Below the pieces are notes generated by a model. That model had not been told where the DNA came from. It saw only the letters and a program-made list of their open reading frames with translations, and ran no database searches. DNA of 63,087 nt, the filler included, from Octopus bimaculoides (Eukaryota): NCBI RefSeq assembly GCF_001194135.2. It is 3 parts of 2 records of this genome, joined end to end, with 100 filler letters (N's around TTAATTAATTAA, not from the genome) between each part and the next. Parts side by side here need not be neighbours in the genome. Positions count along the whole stretch, not along the records: positions 54,214 to 63,087 come from NC_068981.1; 2 more parts are not named here. The stretch is one strand, 5' to 3'. A program made the translations under genes and the position numbers. Of this stretch, positions 61,861 through 63,087 are shown in pieces (position 1 is the stretch's first letter; each line of letters starts with the position of its first letter).

Positions 61861-62708
61861 AGAAGAAAAGCTAGTAAAATAACAATTAAAATACCTCAGA
61901 ATGCCTAACTATTAGTAAAGTTTTTTTCTAAAGCCTTAAATTATATATTCAAAATCTACAACGCAGCAGTGCGCCGTCACGTACCGTTTAAAGAACACTG
62001 AATTATAAAATTCAGGTAGATGGTGATTTATTATATGACTTATGCAAAAGAATTCTTCATTTATTAGGTCTAATAAGTTCGAAACACTGCCGTACCAGGT
62101 ACCTTATTTACATGCAAACAATAATCATATTTTCCTCCTCAGCATGAAAATTCAATTTTCTGTGAAAAAAGTTTTGATTTCTCAAAATTATTCTTCCTCG
62201 TTTTTAAAAGGCGCTAAGCCTTTTGCTTTCTGTCTCCAATAAAGAGGCATATTTCAAAGCATTTTTCATTTTGTTGCTTATGTCATTTAGTACATCACCG
62301 CCTACCTGTACTGCATATATATTATATTCCTGGCCGGCTACGAAACGACTCTCTTATGCATGAATAAGAGATAATCTTCATTGAAATACAAAGTTTAATA
62401 CCAAGTTGACATTAACTTTTCATATGTAAACATAGAATATATATATATATATAAATATNNNNNNNNNNNNNNNNNNNNNNNNNNNNNNNNNNNNNNNNNN
62501 NNNNNNNNNNNNNNNNNNNNNNNNNNNNNNNNNNNNNNNNNNNNNNNNNNNNNNNNNNGCTTCGAGAGACAGGGAAAAACACGTCTTAACACTACGAAAC
62601 CGGAAGCACATATATATATAAAATGTATTAATGAGAGTAGAAAGTGATATTAATCAATTAAAACCAGTGGTCTAGCATATTAAAAAAATCCGAAGATTAA
62701 AATTATAT

Positions 62709-63087
62709 TACATACAAAAATAAGAGGAATGACCAGCAAAAGTGGACTCCTATATGCTAGAAATAGATGCCGAATCATCTAACCACGAAAAATATGTTCT
62801 CAGTAAAAATTTAGCGACACAACAGACTGTAAAAGGGCAAGACAAATGAAAAAATACAAAATAAAAAAAACGATTAACTCACGCACCATGGTTTCACCTG
62901 TTAAAATTTACATAAGTAAATATCTGCAGGATCATCAGCGTAGTCTGTCGATTTAAAATGTGATTTTCAGAACTAGACAGTCTGTTGTGTCGCTCAATTT
63001 TTACTGAGAACATATTTTTCGGCATCTATTTGTAGCATATAGGAGTCCACTTTTGCTGGTCATTCCTCTTATTTTTGTATGTATTAT
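62709..63087. mobile_element. Long-TIR foldback/MITE, cut by the window end
   Basis: 62709-62830 is the reverse complement of about 62977-63083, apart from 2 substitutions and a 15-nt indel. Spacer is 146 nt. Confidence 0.85.

Overview
Repeat- and microsatellite-rich animal genomic DNA. It is most likely a coleoid cephalopod (Octopus); this is inferred from recalled SINE families, not from a database search. Positions 558-14767 (+) carry the multi-exon gene for the spliceosomal DEAD-box helicase DDX23/Prp28. Its first exon lies upstream of the window or could not be identified, and one internal exon is mostly hidden in an N-gap. The only other credible coding candidate is an intronless 120-aa orphan ORF at 20788-21150 with a clear single transmembrane helix and sorting motifs. 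The rest is gene desert: several tRNA-derived SINE families, decayed RTE, R4/Dong-like and Penelope-like retroelements, Tc1/mariner, hAT and piggyBac-type MITEs, and a long-TIR foldback. Two artificial 100-nt scaffold linkers (44N-TTAATTAATTAA-44N) split the window into three originally separate pieces. The most interesting signals are the orphan membrane ORF, minimal hammerhead-ribozyme motifs, a nested fold-back/template-switch structure just downstream of DDX23, a DDX23 intron built from repeats of its own 5' splice-site hexamer, and a possible alternatively spliced micro-exon. No prokaryotic-type systems (CRISPR, rRNA, operons) are present.
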